A stretch of 64,000 nt of DNA, from positions 25,566-89,565 of the forward strand of contig JACRCX010000097.1 of assembly GCA_016218815.1 (NCBI GenBank), written 5' to 3'. The stretch is from Deltaproteobacteria bacterium. Its GTDB lineage: Bacteria; Myxococcota_A; Polyangia; DRWM01; JAAZOP01. A program made the translations under genes and the position numbers. Within the stretch, counting starts at the first letter, position 1. Each line of letters opens with the position of its first letter. The notes under the pieces are model-generated. The model was not told the DNA's origin, searched no databases, and saw only the letters and a list, made by a program, of their open reading frames with translations. Of this stretch, positions 47,966-55,053 are shown piece after piece.

Positions 47966-49246
47966 CGACGAATGGTTGGGACCGTCCGGCGTAGACGCTC
48001 GGCACTCGCGGGCGGTGCGGCCGTCCTGGCGCTGGTCGGCCTCGGTTGCGCGGCCACGCAGGTCGTGGAGGACGACGACGGGGGCGGGCGCCCGGACGCC
48101 ACGGGCTCGTGCGGCGCGGGGGGCCCGTGCGGAGGCACGCAGGAGTGCTGTGACGGCGTCTGCATCGACGTCCAGACCGATCCGGCGCACTGCGGGTCTT
48201 GCACCGACGCGTGTCCGGCGGGCTCCGCCGACGGTTGCACCTCGGGCGTCTGCGCCTGCGGCGGGGCGGCGGCGTGCGGGGCGGGGTTGAGCTGCTGCGC
48301 GGGCTCGGGGTGCGTCGACGTTCAGCAGGACGCGCGCAATTGCGGCGTTTGCGGGGCGGCGTGCCCCGGCGACCAGGTGTGCCGCAGCGGGTTGTGCGTG
48401 CCCGACCCGTGCTCGTGCGAGGCGGGCCTGCACTGCTGCGGCACCGAGTGCGTGGACTTCCAGGCGGATCCGGTCAACTGCGGCTCGTGCGGCCACGGCT
48501 GCGCCGCGGGCCAGGTCTGCGCGCTCGGGATCTGCGTCACGCTCGAATGCTCCCCGGCTTGCGCCCCGGGCCTCGACTGCTGCGGCTCGCGCTGCGTCAA
48601 CCTCCAGACGGACACGGTCAACTGCGGCTCGTGCGGCCGGGTCTGCGACGCCGGCGAGATCTGCCTCATGGGCTCCTGTTCGTGCGGCGGCGACACCTGC
48701 ACCTCGGCGGAAGCCTGCTGCTCCGACGTGTGCCGCAACGTCGCGTCCGACACGGCCAACTGCGGTGCGTGCGGCGTCGTCTGCGACGCGGGGGAGCGCT
48801 GCGCGCTGGGCGAGTGCCTCTGCGGCTCGGCGCCCTGCGCCGACGGCGAGGTCTGCGTCGGCGGGACGACCTGCTGCCCGGAGGGGGCGGAGGCCTGCGG
48901 CACGACCTGCTGTGCTGCGGGCGAGTCGTGCTGTTCCGGGCGCTGCGTCGACACCTCGACGGATTTCGCCAACTGCGGGGGTTGCGGCAGCGTGTGCAAC
49001 GACGTGGTCAGCGACCGCTGTTCCGGCGGCTCCTGCCGCTGCGGCAGCGCCGGCGCCTGCCGCTGGCGCGGCATCGTCGTCCCCTGCCTCGTGGACGACG
49101 TCATCGGCCCGCGGATGTGCTGTTCCGGCGCCTGCGTCCCGGTCAACGGCGACAACTGCGGCCGGTGCGGCAACGTCTGCGCCAGCGGCACCTGCAACGG
49201 CTCGCTCGTCCCGCTCGGCGACCGCTGCCTCTTCCTCTGCGGCTGA
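47966..49246 (+). CDS. Secreted Cys-rich repeat lipoprotein (about 426 aa; approximately 70 Cys) built from 10 or more repeats of C-x(3)-C-x-D-x-Q-x-D-x(2)-N-C-G-x-C-G-x-x-C-x-x-G-x-x-C (Stig1-like pattern).
   Basis: Signal MVGTVRRRRSALAGGAAVLALVGLGC. Repeats are read directly, e.g. CCDGVCIDVQTDPAHCGSCTDACPAG and CCGTECVDFQADPVNCGSCGHGCAAGQVC. Confidence 0.7.
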   Translation, partial: RRMVGTVRRRRSALAGGAAVLALVGLGCAATQVVEDDDGGGRPDATGSCGAGGPCGGTQECCDGVCIDVQTDPAHCGSCTDACPAGSADGCTSGVCACGGAAACGAGLSCCAGSGCVDVQQDARNCGVCGAACPGDQVCRSGLCVPDPCSCEAGLHCCGTECVDFQADPVNCGSCGHGCAAGQVCALGICVTLECSPACAPGLDCCGSRCVNLQTDTVNCGSCGRVCDAGEICLMGSCSCGGDTCTSAEACCSDVCRNVASDTANCGACGVVCDAGERCALGECLCGSAPCADGEVCVGGTTCCPEGAEACGTTCCAAGESCCSGRCVDTSTDFANCGGCGSVCNDVVSDRCSGGSCRCGSAGACRWRGIVVPCLVDDVIGPRMCCSGACVPVNGDNCGRCGNVCASGTCNGSLVPLGDRCLFLCG

Positions 49247-49257
49247 ATCGAACGGAC

Positions 49258-49305
49258 CCGCTCTTTGCGCCCTTGGCCTCTTTGCGCCCTCGGCGTGAAA
49301 CGGGT
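49258..49305 (+). repeat. CTTTGCG direct-repeat pair (CTCTTTGCGCCCTTGGCCTCTTTGCGCCCTCGGCGTGAAACGGG) ending about 15 nt upstream of thiS.
   Basis: Seen directly. Confidence 0.6.
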
Positions 49306-49319
49306 ATGGTCCGCGCTCG

Positions 49320-49523
49320 ATGGTCCGTGTGCGACTCAACGGCGTGGAGCGCGAGTTCGAGGACGGCACGACGGTCGCGGCGCTGCTCGCCGGGCTGGGA
49401 CGCGCGCCGCAGTGGGCCGCGGTGGAGCGGAACCGGGACGTGCTGCCGCGAGCGGCTTTCCCCACGACCGAGCTGCGGGACGGGGACGTGCTGGAGGTCG
49501 TGCACCTGGTCGGGGGCGGGTAG
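49320..49523 (+). CDS. thiS: Sulfur carrier protein ThiS (67 aa, C-terminal GG).
   Basis: [27 protein letters not shown]...VVHLVGGG has the ubiquitin-like ThiS size and Gly-Gly terminus, directly upstream of thiG. Confidence 0.85.
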   Translation: MVRVRLNGVEREFEDGTTVAALLAGLGRAPQWAAVERNRDVLPRAAFPTTELRDGDVLEVVHLVGGG

Positions 49524-49540
49524 GCGAAGGAGACGAGGCG

Positions 49541-50314
49541 TTGGACACGTTGACGATCGCGAGCCGCGAGTTCCACTCGCGGCTCTTCCTGGGCACCGGC
49601 AAGTACCCGACGTTCGAGCTGATGCGGGAGGCGCTGGAGCGCTCCGGGACCGAGGTCGTCACGGTGGCGGTGCGCCGCGTGAACCTCGACGAGGCCGGCA
49701 GCGGCAAGTCGATGCTCGACTTCATCGACACGAAGCGCTGCCTCCTGCTGCCGAACACGGCCGGCTGCTACACCGTGGAAGAAGCGGTGCGCACGGCTCG
49801 GCTGGCACGGGAGGCGCTGGGCACTCCGTGGGTCAAGCTCGAGGTGATCGGCGATCCAAAGACGCTCTTTCCGGACAACGAGGGGCTGCTGGCGGCGGCG
49901 CGCACGCTGGTCGGCGAAGGCTTCGTCGTCCTGCCGTACTGCCTGGACGACCCCGTGCTCTGCCGCAAGCTCCAGGATGCGGGTTGCGCGGCCGTGATGC
50001 CGCTCGCCGCGCCGATCGGATCGGGGCTCGGGATCCGCAATCCGCACAATCTCGCCATCATCCTCGAGTCGGTGACGATCCCGGTGATCGTGGATGCGGG
50101 TGTCGGGACGGCTTCCGACGCCGCGGTCGCGATGGAGCTGGGCTGCCACGGGCTGCTCTGCAACACCGGGGTCGCGGGCGCCAAGGACCCGGTGATGATG
50201 GCGGAGGCCATGCGCGACGCGGTGGCGGCGGGACGCAAGGCGTTCCTGGCAGGACGGATCCCGAAGAAGCGTCATGCCGCGGCCTCGAGCCCGACGCAGG
50301 GGATGATCGAGTAG
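49541..50314 (+). CDS. thiG: Thiazole synthase.
   Basis: [19 protein letters not shown]...[22 protein letters not shown]...[13 protein letters not shown]...[20 protein letters not shown] carries the canonical ThiG blocks. TTG start. Confidence 0.9.
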   Translation: MDTLTIASREFHSRLFLGTGKYPTFELMREALERSGTEVVTVAVRRVNLDEAGSGKSMLDFIDTKRCLLLPNTAGCYTVEEAVRTARLAREALGTPWVKLEVIGDPKTLFPDNEGLLAAARTLVGEGFVVLPYCLDDPVLCRKLQDAGCAAVMPLAAPIGSGLGIRNPHNLAIILESVTIPVIVDAGVGTASDAAVAMELGCHGLLCNTGVAGAKDPVMMAEAMRDAVAAGRKAFLAGRIPKKRHAAASSPTQGMIE

Positions 50315-50348
50315 CGGCCCCGGGGGCGGGCGGCAAGGGGAGCGGGAC

Positions 50349-50639
50349 GTGCGATTGGGAACGGTGACCGCGGTGATCCTGGCGGGGCTGCTGGCGGCCG
50401 GCAGTGCGCCGATGCAGTGCGCGTCGGACGACCGGGAGCCGTTGCCGACGATCCCCGAGGCGCCCGAGGAGTGCTACCTCCTGGCGCAGCGGCTGCTCGA
50501 GCAGGGCGACGTCGGCGGGTGGCGGTCGGCGTTGGAGTACGTGGTCGAGCGGTTCCCCGACTCCCGGTATGCGGCGCGGGCGCGGGACGACCTGGCGCAC
50601 GGGCCCCTGCCGCCGTCCGGTGCTCCGGTCGCGCCGTGA
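50349..50639 (+). CDS. Small hypothetical secreted protein or lipoprotein (96 aa).
   Basis: GTG start. Signal MRLGTVTAVILAGLLAAGSAPMQC. It sits between thiG and thiE, with the thiE start overlapping its stop. Confidence 0.4.
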   Translation: MRLGTVTAVILAGLLAAGSAPMQCASDDREPLPTIPEAPEECYLLAQRLLEQGDVGGWRSALEYVVERFPDSRYAARARDDLAHGPLPPSGAPVAP

Positions 50640-51292
50640 GCGGGGCGGGGATGCCCGGGGCGGCGGCGCCGCGGCTGCTCGTGATCTCCGACCGTTCGTT
50701 GGTGCCGTTGCACGAGCTCGACGAGGTCTTCGCGCGTATCGCCGACGCCGCACCGCCGGGGGCGGTCGGCCTGTACTTCCGCGAGCCGTCGCTGGCAGAC
50801 GCGGAGATCCTGACGGCGGTGAACCGGCTGGTCGCGGTCGGCTCGGCGCGGGGCAGGGCGGCACCGGTCTACGTTCGCGGGCGGATCGACCTGGCGGCGG
50901 CGGCCGGCGCCGCCGGCGTGCAGCTTCAGGCGGACGGCGTCACGCCCGGGGACGCGCGCACGGCCGCGCCGGGCCTCCGCCTGGGCTACTCGGCCCACCG
51001 GCTCGACGAGGTCCGGGCGCGGGCGGTGGAGGTCGAGCACTTGACGTTCTCGCCGGTGTATCCGACGCCGGGGAAGGGCACGCCGACGGGGCTGGACGTC
51101 CTGGCGGAGGCGTGCCGGGCGGCCGGAGCGACGCCGGTCCTGGCCCTGGGCGGGATCGACGGCGTGGACCGGGCGCGGGCGGCGGCGGCGGCAGGGGCCT
51201 GGGGCGTCGCGGCGATCCGGTGCGTGCTCGGGGCGCCCGATCCCGGGCGGGCTGTGCGGATCCTCCTGGAGGCGTTCGAAACGCCCATTTGA
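50636..51292 (+). CDS. thiE: Thiamine-phosphate synthase-like protein (ThiE / TenI family).
   Basis: ...GVQLQADGVTPGDARTAAPGLRLGYSAHRLDEVRARAVEVEHLTFSPVYPTPGKGT...VLALGGIDGVDRARAAAAAGAWGVAAIRCVL carries ThiE signature elements (HLxxSPVFxTxTK, ALGGI). The start is either GTG 50636 or ATG 50651. Confidence 0.75.
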   Translation: MSGAGMPGAAAPRLLVISDRSLVPLHELDEVFARIADAAPPGAVGLYFREPSLADAEILTAVNRLVAVGSARGRAAPVYVRGRIDLAAAAGAAGVQLQADGVTPGDARTAAPGLRLGYSAHRLDEVRARAVEVEHLTFSPVYPTPGKGTPTGLDVLAEACRAAGATPVLALGGIDGVDRARAAAAAGAWGVAAIRCVLGAPDPGRAVRILLEAFETPI

Positions 51293-51324
51293 CGGTGCGG
51301 GACGGCAGCGCCTATCATGACTGC

Positions 51325-52020
51325 GTGAAGTGGTTGCATCTCGGCCTGAAGATCGGCGCTTGGCTGCTCGTGGTCCTGGTGGTCTCGTTCGGCATCGGCG
51401 CCCTGTTCCTCAAGGCCCGGCGCGCGCCGGACGACTCGATGGCGCCGAGCCTGATGGCCGGGGACAAGTTCCTGCTCTGCTACCGCTGCGACATCGAGAA
51501 GGGCGACGCGGTGCTGTGCGATCATCCCGACCCCGCCCGCAAGGGCGTGCAGATCATGGGGCGCGTGGTCGGCATGGAGGGGGACAAGGTCGAGATCCGG
51601 CAGGGCCTGCTGCGCGTCAACGATTCGCCGAAGTACATCACGACCGATTCGAAGATCTTCGAGTACCGCGGCGCGGACGGCAAGTCCAAGAGCCTGCCGT
51701 ACATGATCTGGGAGCACGGGAGCCTCTTCGGCGAGCAGGTGCCGATCCTGCTGCCCAAGGACGCGACCGGGCTGATGCGGAACCACGATCCGGAGCAGGT
51801 GCCGCGAGGGCACTACTTCCTCATGGGCGACCATCGCCCCCTGACCCTGGGCTGGACGTCGGACGGAAAGGTCGCGCCCGGGGGCGGCTGCAACTCCAGC
51901 TTCTGCTACGGTCCGGTGCCCACCGGGAACTGCCACGGCGTCATCTGGTTCATCTACTCGGCCACCAACCGCGGCTACTCGGCCACGGCCTCCAAGCGGC
52001 GCTTGTCGTTCATGCCCTAG
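51325..52020 (+). CDS. lepB: Signal peptidase I-like (S26 family).
   Basis: N-terminal TM GAWLLVVLVVSFGIGALFL, catalytic Ser box DDSMAPSLMAGDKFL (SMxPTL), Lys box KGVQIMGRVVGMEGDKVEI and GDHRPLTLGW (GDNR box variant). GTG start. Confidence 0.6.
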   Translation: MKWLHLGLKIGAWLLVVLVVSFGIGALFLKARRAPDDSMAPSLMAGDKFLLCYRCDIEKGDAVLCDHPDPARKGVQIMGRVVGMEGDKVEIRQGLLRVNDSPKYITTDSKIFEYRGADGKSKSLPYMIWEHGSLFGEQVPILLPKDATGLMRNHDPEQVPRGHYFLMGDHRPLTLGWTSDGKVAPGGGCNSSFCYGPVPTGNCHGVIWFIYSATNRGYSATASKRRLSFMP

Positions 52021-52062
52021 GGGAGGACGCAACGGCGGGGCTCCGGGGCGCGATGGCGGCGC

Positions 52063-52656
52063 GTGGATCGCGCGGCTCCGTTCCTTCGCGCCGCCGCGGC
52101 GACCTCGGTCGTCCTGGCCGTCCTGCTCGCGGTCCGGCTCGGACTGGACCGGCGCGCCGGGGAGCGGGCGGCCACGCAGACGGGCGGCGGGACGATCTGT
52201 TTCGAGGTCGTCGGGGCTTCCGCGGATCCCGGACTGCGCTGCGTGGCGCGGCCGAGCGCGGACGAAGCGGCGCCGCTGGCGCCGTGCAGGACGCCCGCGG
52301 CGCGGGCGCGGCTCGAGCTGCTGGCGCGGCGGTGCGACTGGCGCGGCCGGCGGCTGGTCCTGGCGCCGGCAAGGGCGGGGGGACCCTGCGTGCCGCGGCT
52401 GGAGCCGCTGCCCGCCGCACTGCGCGTGGCGCTGGGCGTTCCGCTGGATCCGGACACGGTCACCCGGGCCGAGCTGGAGGCGTTGCCGGGGGTCGGGGTC
52501 GGGACGGCGCGAAGCATCGTGGAGACGCGCGAGCGCCTGGGAGCCTCGTTCCGCTGGGACGCGGTGCCGGGGGTCGGGTCGCGGCGCGCGGCCCGGCTCG
52601 CCCCGCTCCTGCGCCGCGGGCCCGCAGTCCCGCCCGAGTGCGTCGGCCCGCATTGA
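52063..52656 (+). CDS. ComEA-like helix-hairpin-helix DNA-binding protein.
   Basis: C-terminal tandem HhH: TRAELEALPGVGVGTARSIVETRERLGASFRWDAVPGVGSRRAARL. N-terminal TM/signal. GTG start. Confidence 0.7.
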   Translation: MDRAAPFLRAAAATSVVLAVLLAVRLGLDRRAGERAATQTGGGTICFEVVGASADPGLRCVARPSADEAAPLAPCRTPAARARLELLARRCDWRGRRLVLAPARAGGPCVPRLEPLPAALRVALGVPLDPDTVTRAELEALPGVGVGTARSIVETRERLGASFRWDAVPGVGSRRAARLAPLLRRGPAVPPECVGPH

Positions 52657-52739
52657 CCGGCCCGGCGGCGGGAAGACCGGAAATCGTCGCTTGCCTCCCG
52701 ACCCTCCGCGTGCTAGCCCGCACGCGTTGGAGGTGGACG

Positions 52740-53699
52740 ATGGCAACCACGCGCATGACAATCCTGGCGGCGATCTTCCTGGCGGCCGTCCTCGGCTGCC
52801 GTTCGGACGACGACAACGTGGTCGACGCACGGGACGACGGAACGACGTCCGACGACGGCAGCGGGGCCGACGCGGACTCGGGCGCGGACGCCGACGCCGA
52901 CGCCGACGCCGAGGTCCCCACGGAGGGCGACGGCCCGGTGGAGGACACCGACGCGCTGTGCGGCAACGGGCTGGACGACGACGGCGACAGCTTCGTGGAT
53001 TGCGACGACTATGACTGCACCGGAACCCTCCCGTGCGACACGGAGCGCACGGACACGCTGTGCGACAACGGCCTGGACGACGACGGCGACGGCTTCACCG
53101 ACTGCGACGACTGGAGCTGCGAGGGCACGACCCCGTGCGACACGGAGAACACGGACGCGCTGTGCGACAACGGCCTGGACGACGACGGCGACGGCTACAC
53201 CGACTGCGACGACTGGGGCTGCGAATCCACCTCCGTCTGCGGGGAAGCGAACGACGCGAACTGCAGCAACGGCACGGACGACGACGCCGACACGTACATC
53301 GACTGCGCCGACGACGGCTGCGGCAGCAACCCGTGCGTCACGGTCTGCCAGCACGAGACCCCGGCCACGTGCGGCAACGGGATCGACGACGACGGCGACG
53401 GCCACGCCGACTGCGACGACTGGGACTGCTCGCGCGATCCCCGCGTGACGGCCTGCACGTGCCCGGCAGGCGGCGAGTGCACGGACGCCGCGTGCAGCAA
53501 CGGCACCGACGACGACGCCAACGGCCACATCGACTGCGACGACTTCAACTGCCTGCGCAACGGCCACATCACCGTCTGCGGCGGCGAGAACAACGACACG
53601 GCCTGCGGCAACGGCATCGACGACGACGCCAACGGCTTCACCGACTGCAACGACTTCAGCTGCAGCCGCTCGCTCTGGGTCACCGTCTGCTGCGGCTGA
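52740..53699 (+). CDS. Lipoprotein with acidic linker and 8 tandem repeats of C-x-N-G-x-D-D-D-(G/A)-D-(G/T)-x-x-D-C-(D/A/N)-D-x-x-C (MopE-like putative metal-binding motif).
   Basis: MATTRMTILAAIFLAAVLGC lipobox. Repeats are read directly, e.g. ALCGNGLDDDGDSFVDCDDYDC and TLCDNGLDDDGDGFTDCDDWSC. Confidence 0.7.
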   Translation: MATTRMTILAAIFLAAVLGCRSDDDNVVDARDDGTTSDDGSGADADSGADADADADAEVPTEGDGPVEDTDALCGNGLDDDGDSFVDCDDYDCTGTLPCDTERTDTLCDNGLDDDGDGFTDCDDWSCEGTTPCDTENTDALCDNGLDDDGDGYTDCDDWGCESTSVCGEANDANCSNGTDDDADTYIDCADDGCGSNPCVTVCQHETPATCGNGIDDDGDGHADCDDWDCSRDPRVTACTCPAGGECTDAACSNGTDDDANGHIDCDDFNCLRNGHITVCGGENNDTACGNGIDDDANGFTDCNDFSCSRSLWVTVCCG

Positions 53700-53706
53700 C
53701 CGCGAG

Positions 53707-54096
53707 CTACGGAACTTCCAGCACCTCGAGCCGCACGCGCACCACGCCGGCCCGGACCATGTCCAGCGCCTCCGCGGCGGCGCGCGAGAGATCGATGATC
53801 CGGTCGCGGCGGCCGAACGGGCCGCGATCGTTGATCCGCACCTCGACCGAGCGCCCGTTGTCCAGCCGGCTCACGCGTACGCGCGTGCCGAAGGGCAGGG
53901 TGCGGTGCGCCGCGGTGAGGGCCTCCGGGTCGTACGTCTCCCCGCTGGCCGTCGGGCCGCCCGCCAGCGAGTCGGAGTAGAAGGTGGCCTTGCCTTCCTG
54001 GCTCGCCCCGACCTCGGGGTGGATCGGCGCGGCCGCCGCCGACCCGCACGCCCAGGCCAGCGCGAACACCCAGCAGGATCGGGCGGCGGCCGTCAC
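53707..54096 (-). CDS. RlpA-like double-psi beta-barrel protein (rare lipoprotein A / septal ring lytic transglycosylase-like), about 130 aa.
   Basis: GTG start giving VTAAARSCWVFALAWACGSAAA signal. ...GKATFYSDSLAGGPTASGETYDPEALTAAHRTLPFGTRVRVSRLDNGRSVEVRINDRGPF is a canonical RlpA DPBB block. The rest of track ORF 53707-57195 is antisense to polA and is an artefact. Confidence 0.75.
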   Translation of the reverse strand: MTAAARSCWVFALAWACGSAAAAPIHPEVGASQEGKATFYSDSLAGGPTASGETYDPEALTAAHRTLPFGTRVRVSRLDNGRSVEVRINDRGPFGRRDRIIDLSRAAAEALDMVRAGVVRVRLEVLEVP

Positions 54097-54956
54097 GGTG
54101 CCGCGCTTCCGCACGACGTCGCGAGCCAGTCGACGAAGGTGCCCTCGAGCAGCCGCACGTTGCGGTAGCCGGCGCCGGACGCGAAGCGCCCCACGGCGCG
54201 CAGCTCCGCGTCGTCGGACGCCAGGATCCAATCGATGCCCGCATCGGAGGCGACGGCGCCAGTGAATGCGGCGCCGCCGTCGATCGGAACGCCGGCGGCG
54301 TCCAGGAACGAGGCGCGCGGCACGTTGACGGCCCCGGGGATCGCGCCGGACGAGAACGCCGCGGCGGTGCGGACGTCGACCGCCTCGTCGCCCGCGGCGG
54401 GTGGGAAGAACGGCACCGAGCAGTAATCCTCCACGGTGACGGCGGCCTCGTAGCCGGCCGCGACCCACCCCGGGTATCCGAGGACGAGCTTCCAGACGTC
54501 GGTGTAGCCGATGCGCAGCGCCGCTTCGGCGACGGCCTGGCTGACGTCGCACTCGCTCCCCGAGCAGTAGAAGGCGATGCGCGCGCGGAGATCGGGAACG
54601 ACGTCGGTCAGGGCGCTTCCGCCGTCGACCAGCTCGCCGGTCACGTGGTCCATGACCGCCGCGCCGGGAACGCACGAGGCGCCCGGCAGGTGCCCGTGGC
54701 GCCAGTCGTAGAGAATCCGCACGTCGACGACGTGCAGGCCGGGATCCCCGGCGAGCCATTCGTGCAACTCCGCCGCCGGAAGCTGCCTGACACCGTTGAC
54801 GACCTCGTGCGTGTCCGCCTCTCCGCCGTCCCCTTCGCACGCGAACCCGCCGCAGAGCAGGCAGGCGGCGGCAAACGCCGCCGTGGCGACTCCGCTCGGC
54901 CAGGTCGTTTCGTCGCCCCGCCCCCTCCCTCCCCATCGGTGTCCATCGGTGTCCAT
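54093..54956 (-). CDS. Tandem rhodanese-domain lipoprotein (sulfurtransferase-like).
   Basis: ATG within the repeated ACCGATGGACACCGATGG motif gives MDTDGHRW..., followed by signal VATAAFAAACLLCGGFAC and two rhodanese modules (...LHVVDVRILYDWRHGHLPGASCVP...IAFYCSGSECDVSQ...). Confidence 0.7.
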   Translation of the reverse strand: MDTDGHRWGGRGRGDETTWPSGVATAAFAAACLLCGGFACEGDGGEADTHEVVNGVRQLPAAELHEWLAGDPGLHVVDVRILYDWRHGHLPGASCVPGAAVMDHVTGELVDGGSALTDVVPDLRARIAFYCSGSECDVSQAVAEAALRIGYTDVWKLVLGYPGWVAAGYEAAVTVEDYCSVPFFPPAAGDEAVDVRTAAAFSSGAIPGAVNVPRASFLDAAGVPIDGGAAFTGAVASDAGIDWILASDDAELRAVGRFASGAGYRNVRLLEGTFVDWLATSCGSAAP

Positions 54957-55053
54957 CGGTGGTTCCGCCTCCCCCCCGGCGGCGCCGACCCCCGGCGCCC
55001 GCCGGGCAGTATAGCGCCTTGACGGCGGGCGCGTTACCGGCAACTGTAGCGGC

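Noticed and set aside
47804-50275. 823-aa minus-strand ORF across the Cys-repeat lipoprotein, thiS and thiG
   Set aside because: It is antisense to three supported genes.
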